DNA from: Chrysochromulina tobinii | Lineage: Eukaryota | Direction: 5' to 3' | DNA: 64,000 nucleotides | Assembly: GCA_001275005.1 (NCBI GenBank) | Contig: JWZX01003409.1 | Location: 1-64,000, forward strand | Shown: piece after piece, positions 54,306 through 64,000 of the stretch | Numbering within the stretch: position 1 is the stretch's first letter | How the letters are laid out: every line of letters begins with the position of its first letter | Position numbers and translations under genes: made by a program | The notes under the pieces: generated by a model | The model's database searches: none | What the model saw: only the letters and a program-made list of their open reading frames with translations | What the model was told of the DNA's origin: nothing

Positions 54306-57071
54306 ATGGTGCAATCGCCTCTGTGCGGCGCATCGTCTCAGCTTTCATGTCTCACCACGGTCGCACCACCTCTCATCCTTTGTGCAACTCTACTCCTCCG
54401 TTGCGTACTCTGGTCGCTCTTTGAGCACGACAACGTGCTCCTCTCTGCTCGGCCGCCGTGGCACCCTCTGCTGCTTTTCTTCCTGTCAATTATGATGTGC
54501 GGCGGACTTGGTGCGGCCGCATTATTGGTGGAGCCGTGGCTCGCCGATGCCGATCAGATTGGTAGCTGGCCGCCGCCACGGCATGGCATGTTTGCGGCGG
54601 GCCTGTGGGTTTGCTATGCCCTCCTCGTGCCGTGGGTCGCACGTGCTGAGCTACAAACGGGCCGTGCGCGTGTGGGCGCATACTCGCTCCTACTTGCATG
54701 CGTCTTGCGCCTGGCACCTCTCATTGTTGGCCTGGGCGATGCGGAAGTGCGCTCCGACACGTCCTTTTTACTCGCAGAGCCTCTGGCGCTCGCCACCGCC
54801 GTCGTAGCTGCTGCCATCGCCGTGTGCTGCTGCCTGCAGGCGCGGCGTGAGCCGCAGTTGCTTACGGATGGGCTGCAGCCGCTGCATCATCTCAATGCGC
54901 TCTCAGCCGAGCAGCTTCGCGTGCACATAAACGCAGGCGGCACACGCACAACGCGCGTCGTCGACGCCGACGCCGACGACGCTGCATCCGAGCGGGTGGT
55001 GCCCGCGGGTGTAGGCTGCCTGGAGGCGATACGGGCCTTCTATGCTTCACACAAGCAGATGATGGAGGAGGCCTCTGCGATCCAGAAAGGCGAGCCCTAC
55101 CCGCCCAAGAAGCCGACGCCGCGCAAGCCGCACGCAGATGGCTACGGCGGCAGCGCCAGCAACGGCAGCACTGGCAACGGCGAGGGCGGCAGCGGCGCGG
55201 CTGGTGAGCCACCGAATCCAGCAAAGCCAGCAGAGCCAGCGGAGCCAGCGGAGCCGAGCCCGATGTCGGTCCTGCGCCGGCACCTGTGGAAGCTCTGCCC
55301 CAAGGCGCCGCTCAGCTGTGGGATGGTCTGCTCCGTCGTCCTCACCTCAACCTCGTTTGCTGCGCCCTATGTGCAAGGCAAGCTCTTCGACGCAGCGGTG
55401 GATGCGTATCATGCGAAGAAGCGTGTGGACGAGGCGTTCGCACAGGACGTGGCGCCGCTCCTCGCGATCCTTGGCGGGCTGTACGGCCTGAGCTGGGTGA
55501 TGGAGATCTTCGTGGGCATCCTCTTCGCGGTCGCCGCGCACACCGCCCTCACGCGCCTGCGCTGCGCGATGTTTGCTAACCTCGTGCAGCAGGATGTCGC
55601 CTTCTATGACGCACACGTCTCCGGTGAGCTCTCGTCGCGGCTCATCAACGACTCAGTCCAGCTGCAGACGCTCGTGCAGTTCGTCACCCAGGACGTGCTC
55701 AAAGCGGCCGTACGCATCATAGGCGGTGTGCTCGCCATGTATCTGACACACCCGCTCCTCGGACTGCTCGCCACCGCCATCACGCCAATTAACTGGCTCA
55801 TCATCCGCAAGGCGGGCACCGTGCAGGGCCTCTACGGCGCCGTCCAGAACGCGTCGATTGCCAAGGCGAACTCGGCTGCCATTGAGGCGCTCGGCTGCAT
55901 GCGCACGGTCCATGCCAACACGGGCGAGCTGCGAGAGGCTCGACGGTTCGCGTCGCACATTCGGCGCTTCTTGCGCGTGGTACTGGTGACCGTCCATTCT
56001 CAGACGGTGGTCATCTTCACACAGCTACTGCTCTCCCAGCTGCGCGACGTGCTCGTACTCGGCGTGGGCATGCATCAGGTGATTGCGGGCGAGATCACCA
56101 TCGGCAACTTCACCGCCTTCACCCAGTACGTCGGCCTCTTCGAGCAGGGCTTCTCCTCCGGGGCGAGTATCTGGCTCTCGGTGCGCCAAACGCTCGTATC
56201 CGCCGGCCGCTTCGTGCAGCTGCTCGAACGGCGGCCCCATGTGCGCCCAGACGAGGGGCGCCAGCCCTTCGCGCGCTGTAGGGGGCACCTTGCGCTGCAG
56301 AACGTGAGCTTCCACTACCCTGCCTCACGCGAGGCACTCGTGCTCGACAGTGTGAGCCTCGAAGCGCCTCCGGGGAGCATCGTGGCGCTCGTGGGCGCCA
56401 GCGGAGCGGGTAAGTCGACCATCGCGCGCCTGATCGAACGCTTCTACGACCCAACGAGCGGAGCGCTGCTGCTCGACGGGGTTGACTTCCGCGAGCTCGA
56501 GCTCAGATGGCTCCGCCGTCAGATTGGCTTCGTCGAACAAGAGCCCACGCTCTTTGACAGGAGCATCGCTGAGAATGTGCGCTACGGGGCGCCGGAGGCA
56601 GACGACGCGCAGGTGCAGCGGGCCATCGAGCTCGCAAACGCGGCCGAGTTCATCAGCGAGCTGCCGGAGGGGTTAGAGACGAATCCGGGCGAGAGGGGTG
56701 TGCGCCTCTCTGGCGGCCAGAAGCAGCGCATCGCGATCGCACGCGCAGTTCTCAAGCAGCCCGCATTGCTGTTGCTCGACGAGGCGACGTCAGCACTCGA
56801 CTCGGCGAATGAGGCGGCCGTGACGCTCGCACTCGATCAACTCATGCTGGAGCGCACCACCGTTGTCATCGCGCACCGCCTCTCCACAGTCGTACGCGCC
56901 ACCCAGATCCTCGTGCTCAGCCGGGGCGTCGTCGTCGAGCGCGGCACCCACACCCAGCTGGTGGCTGATGAGCGCTCGCACTACGCCACCTTTATGAAGG
57001 CGCAGCTCGTCTCACCCGACGCCCCGATGAGCGCGCCGGGCACGAGACTCGTCAGCCTTGCGGCGGCGTGA
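54306..57071 (+). CDS. Half-size ABCB (TAP/MDL-like) transporter with extra N-terminal TM segment
   Basis: TMD, GASGAGKST, LSGGQKQRIAIARA, LLLDEATSALD, IAHRLST. Confidence 0.95.
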   Translation: MVQSPLCGASSQLSCLTTVAPPLILCATLLLRCVLWSLFEHDNVLLSARPPWHPLLLFFLSIMMCGGLGAAALLVEPWLADADQIGSWPPPRHGMFAAGLWVCYALLVPWVARAELQTGRARVGAYSLLLACVLRLAPLIVGLGDAEVRSDTSFLLAEPLALATAVVAAAIAVCCCLQARREPQLLTDGLQPLHHLNALSAEQLRVHINAGGTRTTRVVDADADDAASERVVPAGVGCLEAIRAFYASHKQMMEEASAIQKGEPYPPKKPTPRKPHADGYGGSASNGSTGNGEGGSGAAGEPPNPAKPAEPAEPAEPSPMSVLRRHLWKLCPKAPLSCGMVCSVVLTSTSFAAPYVQGKLFDAAVDAYHAKKRVDEAFAQDVAPLLAILGGLYGLSWVMEIFVGILFAVAAHTALTRLRCAMFANLVQQDVAFYDAHVSGELSSRLINDSVQLQTLVQFVTQDVLKAAVRIIGGVLAMYLTHPLLGLLATAITPINWLIIRKAGTVQGLYGAVQNASIAKANSAAIEALGCMRTVHANTGELREARRFASHIRRFLRVVLVTVHSQTVVIFTQLLLSQLRDVLVLGVGMHQVIAGEITIGNFTAFTQYVGLFEQGFSSGASIWLSVRQTLVSAGRFVQLLERRPHVRPDEGRQPFARCRGHLALQNVSFHYPASREALVLDSVSLEAPPGSIVALVGASGAGKSTIARLIERFYDPTSGALLLDGVDFRELELRWLRRQIGFVEQEPTLFDRSIAENVRYGAPEADDAQVQRAIELANAAEFISELPEGLETNPGERGVRLSGGQKQRIAIARAVLKQPALLLLDEATSALDSANEAAVTLALDQLMLERTTVVIAHRLSTVVRATQILVLSRGVVVERGTHTQLVADERSHYATFMKAQLVSPDAPMSAPGTRLVSLAAA

Positions 57072-57143
57072 GAGACTTATCGCTCGAATGTAAATGACAA
57101 TTCACAGTCACGTTCACACGCATCGAAAAACCGTCCTAAAAAG

Positions 57144-58562
57144 ATGCTGGACCTCGATGAAGTGCGGAAGCGCAAGAAGAAGAAGAAGAAGAATCTCAAG
57201 CCAACCGAGCTCCTCGTCCTCGTCATTGGCACTCCGGCACGGCATGAGCGTCTTCATCTGTTGCGCGCAACGTGGCTTCGGGATGTGCCGCACATCTTCT
57301 ATTCTGATGCCGCTGCGTCGCCACAGCACGTCAAGTCGAAGGGCTCTCGCGCGCCGCCAAACACGCGTTTTGTGCCAAACTTCCAACATGGATTGAGTGG
57401 AGACGGCTGGATGGGGCGCACAGCCGGAGACTACAAACCATTGCATGCGCTCTTGGATGCGAACTCGACCCGCGCTGGCTCCTTCAAGTGGATTGCCATC
57501 ATCGATGACGACACCACGATCCGTCTGCCCAGGCTGCTCAAAGTGCTCAGCCGGGTCGATCACACGCAGCCGTTGCTCCTAGGCACCGCCGTCATCGACC
57601 GGGGCACTCGCTTTGTCGACTCGTGCACACGGGGGCGCGCCTGGACCAAGCCATGCCGCGTGCCGAATCTGCCGGCGTGCACCCAGAGTCGTGGCGGCAG
57701 ACGGCTCAACGCGTCCGAAGTGCCACAGAGTTGCCGCGTGCAGGGCAAGCCCGGGCACGACGGCCGGCCAGCCAATGCGTGCGCGGACACGTGCTTTTGC
57801 CCCGTGAGCCTTGTACCTGGCAGTGGCGGCGAGGGGCCTGTCTTCCGATTGGATGAGGAGAATGGCACTTCGAGCGTCGCTCCGATGGACACGTTCCCGT
57901 ACGGCGGCTACGGCGTCTTTGTGAGCGCCAGCATGCTGCGTGCTCTAGATCCGGGCGAGTTCCGGCGCTGCGGCCGGCAGCTTGTCTGCGGGCCGAGTGA
58001 CTTTCGACTCGCCTCGTGCATTAAGTCGGTGAGTGGCTTTGGCAGCGGCCTGTTCCACGATCGCACTGATGTGCCGAGGGAGCTGCCAGCTCTGATCGCG
58101 CACGCGTGCGAAAAGCACGAGGAGAACCGAAGGCGCTTGCTTGCACCAGGCGGCAGCACCGGCGGCGGCAACGACGATGACTTGCGGGCCGCCGCAGTGA
58201 GCGGCGCGTCGCCACGGCAAACGTGTTCTGCAGCTGACGTGGCCTTCGTGGCCTCGGAGGAACGGCTATGGCTTTCGGAGGAAGGCGCTGTGAGGCGACG
58301 GCGCGTGGTGGAGGCGCTGCGCGACGCGCACGCCGCCGAGGGCCGGTACACGTGGCACCCAACGCTCCACCGCGGCACCGACAGCGAGCTCTGTTTGCTC
58401 TTCGAGGCGCTCATGCCAGTCGACAGTGCATCGTGGACAGCAGGGGTTGATCGGCTCCCGGCGCGAAGCATGCACAACGAGTCATGTGCGACAATGCTCG
58501 CCGCGATCGTGTCGGCGCGGCGGGAGCGCGCAGCAGCGGGCAGCGGCACACAGCAGATTTGA
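57144..58562 (+). CDS. GT31/Fringe-like glycosyltransferase
   Basis: LRATW, KWIAIIDDDT, FPYGGYGVFVS, SDFRLASC. Confidence 0.8.
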   Translation: MLDLDEVRKRKKKKKKNLKPTELLVLVIGTPARHERLHLLRATWLRDVPHIFYSDAAASPQHVKSKGSRAPPNTRFVPNFQHGLSGDGWMGRTAGDYKPLHALLDANSTRAGSFKWIAIIDDDTTIRLPRLLKVLSRVDHTQPLLLGTAVIDRGTRFVDSCTRGRAWTKPCRVPNLPACTQSRGGRRLNASEVPQSCRVQGKPGHDGRPANACADTCFCPVSLVPGSGGEGPVFRLDEENGTSSVAPMDTFPYGGYGVFVSASMLRALDPGEFRRCGRQLVCGPSDFRLASCIKSVSGFGSGLFHDRTDVPRELPALIAHACEKHEENRRRLLAPGGSTGGGNDDDLRAAAVSGASPRQTCSAADVAFVASEERLWLSEEGAVRRRRVVEALRDAHAAEGRYTWHPTLHRGTDSELCLLFEALMPVDSASWTAGVDRLPARSMHNESCATMLAAIVSARRERAAAGSGTQQI

Positions 58563-58936
58563 GATGAACCCATTGACAGCTGTCCGCGGCGCCTACCACG
58601 GGCGCGCTTGTACATGCTCCCATCACTCGAAGGAGTGGCACTTGACGCGCGGGAATGCATGCGATGATTTATCAGTTATGAGTCGAAGTTGTGAGTTGAG
58701 GTCCTCGCCGTTACTTTATTGAATACGCCCTGGCGGTCCCGTCGGCGCGAGGCCGCGAGGCCGCGACAAAACGAGAAAACGTGAGCGGTGAGCACTGAGC
58801 GGCAGCTCGCCGCGCCAGCCCGCGCGGCTGATGGGAGCTCGAACCTCGTGAACTCACACAAACCTTCCCGTGCCGTTCCCGGTGGCGGTGCCGTCTGCCG
58901 TGCGGTGCACCACTGGACCACGCCAGCTACACGGCT

Positions 58937-61632
58937 TTACCGCCCATCTCCATATAATCGACCCCATGAAAGGCGAGCCATGGTCGTGCGGTGCGGGCGT
59001 GTTTGTGCGGCAGCGGGTTCGTAAGTGTTCGAGCGTAGCATCCGCGACGCCGGCAGGGCGCTTGGAGCGGCCCTCATGCCCGCAGATGGCTGCACAGCCG
59101 TGATCATGGCTCGAACTCCCGCTGAGTAGCGCGGCTGGGCGGCATGCTGGGCGCTCGAGACGGTGACCAGGCCCAAACTGAGCGCACTCTGCGGTCGAAG
59201 CAGGGGTGTGGACCGTTGCGAAGGCAAGATGCCGGCGCTCTGGGGCCTGTTTGCGAGGAGTGAGCTCGTTGACGAGGAATGACCTGTGGCGCTGGTAGCC
59301 TTGCCTCCGGCACTGTGCGGGCGCGTCGGTCGGGTGGAGGCTTGCGTGCTCGTCTGGGCTACGGAAGCATCCACAGAATCAGCTATCAAAGAGAGTGTCT
59401 GTGAGCTCCCACTGAGTCTGCCCTCGTTAGCGCCCACGTGAGCGCCCTCCTGAGCGCCGTCGTGAGCGCCGTCGTGAGCGCCCTCGTGAGCGCCTTCGGA
59501 GTGCGCCCTCGTCAAATCGGGCTCCGGCACTGGCGATGGCGTGTTCGATGTCGTGTTCGATATTGTGTACGATGGCGTGTACGATGGCATCAACCAACCA
59601 CGCACACTTGTGAACAAGTCGCCTCCGGGTGCTCCCAGGATGGCTGGCTTATGAGCCGCCGTGGCGAGCGTCGGACCGGAGGGTCGTGCCTTTGCACGCC
59701 TCAGCTCAGCCAGCGAATGGTGCAGGCCCTGTTGTCGGCCAGCAAATCGTATACGAGATCGGTCGAGATTGTGCTGAGCGATCGCACGCTTCTGACTAAG
59801 GGCGAGGGTGTGGCTGTGCCGTTCGCGCCGCAGCAATTCGTTCATCTTGCCCTCGGCAGTACGTCGCGCCTCTCGCCACGCCTGGTACTCGCCTTCTGCG
59901 TCGCCCTCCATCTCACCCACTGGGAAGTAGGTGAGTATGGGTGCGGATCTCACATGCTTCTTACCCTGCTGCAGCCGAGCATGCTGCAGCCGAGCATGCA
60001 AAGTCTTGGCTTCCACTGTTGCATGCAAAGTCTTGGCTTCCACTGTTGCATGCAAAGCCTCTTCCACTGTTCTCTTGGCCGAGGGATCCTGCTCGTTCAT
60101 GCAGCCCACGAGGGGATCGTAGTTGGGCTCGTGGACCGGTAAGTGGACCGGATCAGCCTCGCTAGCTTTTGCGGCCATCTGGAGCACTTGGTTCACAAGC
60201 AGATCGTTCTCAACGGGCCTTCGAGCCCCAGCGCTCAGCTCCCCCCGCTGATCCGCCTCGATCTCGGTAGATCTCGGTCCTGAGCTCAGCTCCCCCCGCT
60301 GATCCGCCTCGATCTCGGCCCTGAGCTCGGCCTCGATCTCGGCCCTGAGCTCAGCCTCGTCGTCCTCAATGACCGGCTGATCATCCCAACCAGGCGCGAA
60401 GGCCGGCTGGCCTCCCGGCAGCGAAAACTTGCGACTCCGCTCAGGCACGGAGCCCTCCTCACTTGAACGAATCGTAAAGCTTGCCTTGCGCGTGCTGCTC
60501 TTTATGCTGCTCTTGCCGACAGGGCTGCTGGATCCGGCACTGATGCTGGATCCGGCACTAGCCCCGACTTCTTCCTTGCATGATCCATCAGTGTTGAGCT
60601 GGGAATGGGGGGGCGCCAACAGAGCCTCGTGCGCCCAGTGACGTGCTCGCCGAGCTTCGCGCGCTTGGTCCAGAGAGTCTGCCGAGAATGCGTACGGTAC
60701 CAGCAGCACTCGCAGACGCGGCGGCGATGGCTTCCGCTGCGTCGCTACCGGTACTGCTGGCGTGGAGAGCGGCAGCACCGCCTCCTCCCTAGCCGCATTC
60801 ACCGGCGCTGCTCTCTGGATCTCCGCTGACTTCTGCCTTCTCTGCCTGGACTCTTCTGTTGCAGCCTTTGTTACTTTCTCCTCCGCCTCCGCTGCGGCCC
60901 TCACCTCCGCCGCTAACGCCTTCGCAATCGCGATGGCCGTGTCGGCCGCCCTCTTTGCAACCCGATTCCCTGCTGCCTTGGCCGCTCCTGCCTTCGCCTG
61001 CTCCGTCTTCTTCTCTGCACGCCGAAGAATCTGCGCATTCCTGGCCTCCATGGCCGTCTCCCTCTTGATGGTCATCAGCTCAGTCTTGCTCGGAGAGCGC
61101 TCAAGACGGCGCTGGGTCGTCAAGTTGAGGGCCGCGGCTGCCTCTGCGCCCTTGGCATTGGCATCCTTTCGGAGCGCTGCCGTCTTCTGCGCGTCCGCAC
61201 GGGCTGCCTCCACCTCCTGAGCCGCAGCCATCACCGCAGCAGCTAGGGAGGTGGAGGCAGCGGCCATCAGCGCAGCGTCGACTGTGGCGTCCGATGCTCG
61301 TTCAAGCTCATCGGCTCGAGTCATCGCTTGGCTCTCTGCTGTCGCTTGAAGCTGTGCCCACATCCCTACGGTAGTAGCTTGTTGTGGCACCGCCGCTCGA
61401 CGACGCGTAGCCCGACCGCGCGCATGTGCCTGCATCTTCCTCGCCGCCGCCGCCATCGCCGCCACCCTCTTCACCTTCTCGGCCGCCTTCGCCTCCTCTG
61501 TGAGACGAAGTGTCTCCTCCGCTGCTCTCGCCGCCTCCGCGGCTCGCTCGGCCGCCCGTCGGCGCTCTCGGCTTCCGCGTAAGCGCTCGCGAGCCTCGAG
61601 TGCCTGCTGATTATTCGAGGTCACGCCTGCTG

Positions 61633-61687
<55 letters not shown>

Positions 61688-62305
61688 CACGCTGCCCCCA
61701 GCCACGGGTGCGGCTACTGCAGCCGCCTCGGTCGCTGCCATCAATGCTAGCGCCGCCTCGGCCTCTCGGAACGCCTCGACGTTATGCAGCGCGGCGCTCG
61801 CGGACGCTACGATGGCCGGCGCGTCACATGTGACCAGCTCTCGCAGACGACCGACTCCGCCGCCCTCGTGCAGCAACTCCACAACCGCGGCATCCGAGGA
61901 GAGGTTTTGGACGCAGGCACAGGCATACGCGACGTTCAGCGCCGTGGAGGAGCAGAGATGAATCATAATTGTCGATATCGCGCCGCTCGCCTTGATGATC
62001 TCGGTCGTGGCCGCTGCGTGCTCGCGATCGTCGTCTGAGCTGGTCACCGTCGCCAGGAGCATGAGCGATACCTGATAAATGACTGGTGTGGAGTGCGCGG
62101 CTAGCTGGCAAATTCGTTCCATGGCACCACTATTACGCATGGTACTGCAAAGTGAAATGAGCTCAGAGCGTTCCTCCGTCGAATCAACCACTTGTGCGAG
62201 TTGGATCAGGGCCTCCAAGGCCGCCTCGTCGGTTGTTGCGACAGTCAGCGCATTACAGAAGGCGTCAAAGGATGCTCCGAGCGACGCGCCAAAAGATTCT
62301 GACAT
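58937..62305 (-). CDS. ARM-repeat + IQ motif + coiled-coil low-complexity protein
   Basis: ARM-like helices (GGVGRLRELV..ASAALHN); MQAHARGRATRR IQ motif; poly-Ala. Confidence 0.65.
61629..61686. repeat. (GCT)n microsatellite encoding poly-Ala
   Basis: Direct read of sequence. Confidence 0.9.
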
Positions 62306-62735
62306 CGAAAGAGGGCGAGGCGCCAGGCTCCAGCTGAGATCAGCTGGTGCGTTGTGCAGTGGGCCTTCGTTGGTACTTGTCGTGAACTGCTTTTCCTGTT
62401 CCGGGTGCCTACGGGTGCATGCATTCGCCCCAAAAGTACGGACCACCTTGGCCCTTGCACGGGGCACCTCTCCATAAGTTCGCCATCACACGCCATTTCA
62501 TGTATGAACCATGGGCGTTGGGCAATTGACCATTGTTAGAGACATGACACATGTAAGTGACTGATTTGATACGATAGAGAATATGCGCTCACTGGACACA
62601 GACCAGCATAATTATCCGAAGCATGCTCAGTATACAGATGCGCGCGTCCACCGAGCACTTTCTCGAGTGTCGTCACTGCACTCTGTGCAAGGCGCGCCTG
62701 GGCGCGCCACTCGTGACCGCCTCTGGCGAGCCCCC

Positions 62736-64000
62736 TCACTCGAGGTGAACAGGCGTGCTGAACGTGCGGCCGGCGACGCGATCGGCGAGGCCCTCGCCCT
62801 GGTAGCTCGCCATGGGGGAGAGCTCCACGATTGCATCGCCGCGGATCGCGCCGCCCGCCGCGAGGATCCGGCGCTTGCTCAGCGCCGAGACGAGCGCGCG
62901 CGCCGTGTCGGGCGAGTCGCTCTTGGCGCCGGGCTCGTTTTTGACGGGCGCGAACTCTTCGTCACGCGCCACCTGCAGCGCGGCCATCTGCTTGGCAAAG
63001 GGGAACGTGTCGAAGATGAAGAGCTCGAGCTTGATGCCGTTGTTGCTCGTGGGCGTGCGCCGCGTGCCGCTCGCGTCCGTGTACGGGATCTTCTTGTGCG
63101 CGACGTGCAACGGCAGCTGGATCCCAAACGGGCCCAGACGCGCGCAGAACGACTTGAGGAAGGGCACCGAGAAGAAGTTGACGCAGATGTGCGCGTCGCC
63201 GAAGAGCAGCCGGCCGTGCGCGTCCTTCGCCTCGGCCATCTCCCTGGAGATCTCGCTGTACTCGACGACGGCGGGCCGGCCGCCCGCGAGCGCGACGACA
63301 CCTACAGGCTCGTGCGCGTCGCGCTTGGGCACCGTCTTCGAGGCACAGTCCGCGTGGCGCGCAGAGCAGAAGCCCACAAAGGTTGGGTCCGCCACGTGGC
63401 ATAGGACGTTGTCGACGCCGAATTGGAAGATCGAGGTGACGCCGCTCGCGTCGAGCTGCTCGAGGAGCCGAGCATGCATTGGGATCAGGGTCAGGGACAG
63501 GGTGCAATCAGAGGTCATTAGCATGCGAGCATGCATTGGGATCAGGGTCAGGGACGGGGTGCAATCAGAGCTCATCAGCATGCGAGCATGCATTGGGATC
63601 AGGGTCAGGGACGGGGTGCAATCAGAGCTCATCAGCATGCGAGCATGCATTGGGATCAGGGTCAGGGACGGGGTGCAATCAGAGCTCATCAGCATGCAAT
63701 CCACACCTGCTCAAGGAGCCCGGAGTCGCGCAGCGAGACGTAGCAGCCGCCATTGCCGTTGGGCGCCATCGCGAGCAGCCCCGGCGCGTCCAAGATCAGC
63801 TTGCCTTCTGGTGTCAGGCATGGCAGCGCGCCCTGAGCGAAGAAGTGCACTTGATCCTCGGGCAGCCCGAAGAAGGCATGCTGGCGGAAGAAGGCGCGCG
63901 TATCGCTGTCGGTCGCGTCCGAGGTCATGATCAAAAAGGGCAGGCGCACGTCCGCCTCCCTCTTACCGGCGTGCGCGGCCGCGAGCTGCTTCACCTTGCG
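62736..64000 (-). CDS. UAP1: UDP-N-acetylglucosamine pyrophosphorylase, 5'-partial; intron 63706-63456
   Basis: IMTS, FFGL..QV.FF.QG.LPC, APNGNGG, GVDN.L..VADPTFVG, EPVGV, VVEYSEI, KLELFIFD, EEFAPVKN. Confidence 0.95.
63470..63697. repeat. 57-bp minisatellite x4 filling the UAP1 intron
   Basis: gagcatgcattgggatcagggtcagggacggggtgcaatcagagctcatcagcatgc units. Confidence 0.95.

Noticed and set aside
63470..63697. CRISPR-like array (also considered 41320-41403 and 49805-49921)
   Set aside because: No unique spacers, no cas genes, eukaryotic context
63456..63704. MLMSSDCTPSLTLIPMHAR peptide repeats at the start of the UAP1 ORF
   Set aside because: Translation of the intronic minisatellite; they interrupt a conserved domain

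Overview
Eukaryotic, very GC-rich, gene-dense nuclear DNA with mostly intron-poor genes and several head-to-head pairs with only 170-350 bp between start codons. The style suggests a haptophyte alga such as Chrysochromulina/Prymnesiales; this is inference, not verified. About 28 protein-coding genes are supportable, including makorin, a YTH m6A reader, a 3000-aa coiled-coil protein, DnaJ proteins, a DHHC palmitoyltransferase, eIF4E, DNA ligase I, a class II HDAC, an ABCB transporter, a GT31 glycosyltransferase and UAP1. No rRNA, tRNA or CRISPR array is supported. The main signals are: (1) a recurrent 'duplicate-and-fill' intron type in three unrelated genes, where the intron carries a copy of the adjacent exon end around an AG|GT site and is filled with strand-polarised CTCTGATGAC/GATTGCC repeats, including a tandem twin intron with a zero-length exon; (2) a cysteine desulfurase fused to a bacterial-type TtcA tRNA 2-thiocytidine synthetase; (3) an EF-hand + R-S-E ADP-ribosyltransferase + LRR + ankyrin protein; (4) a RING-CH/TPR/DUF218 fusion; (5) a small TIR (MITE-like) element with two copies. 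All domain calls come from motif recognition by eye. Intron boundaries were deduced from GT-AG sites and frame restoration, not from transcripts.
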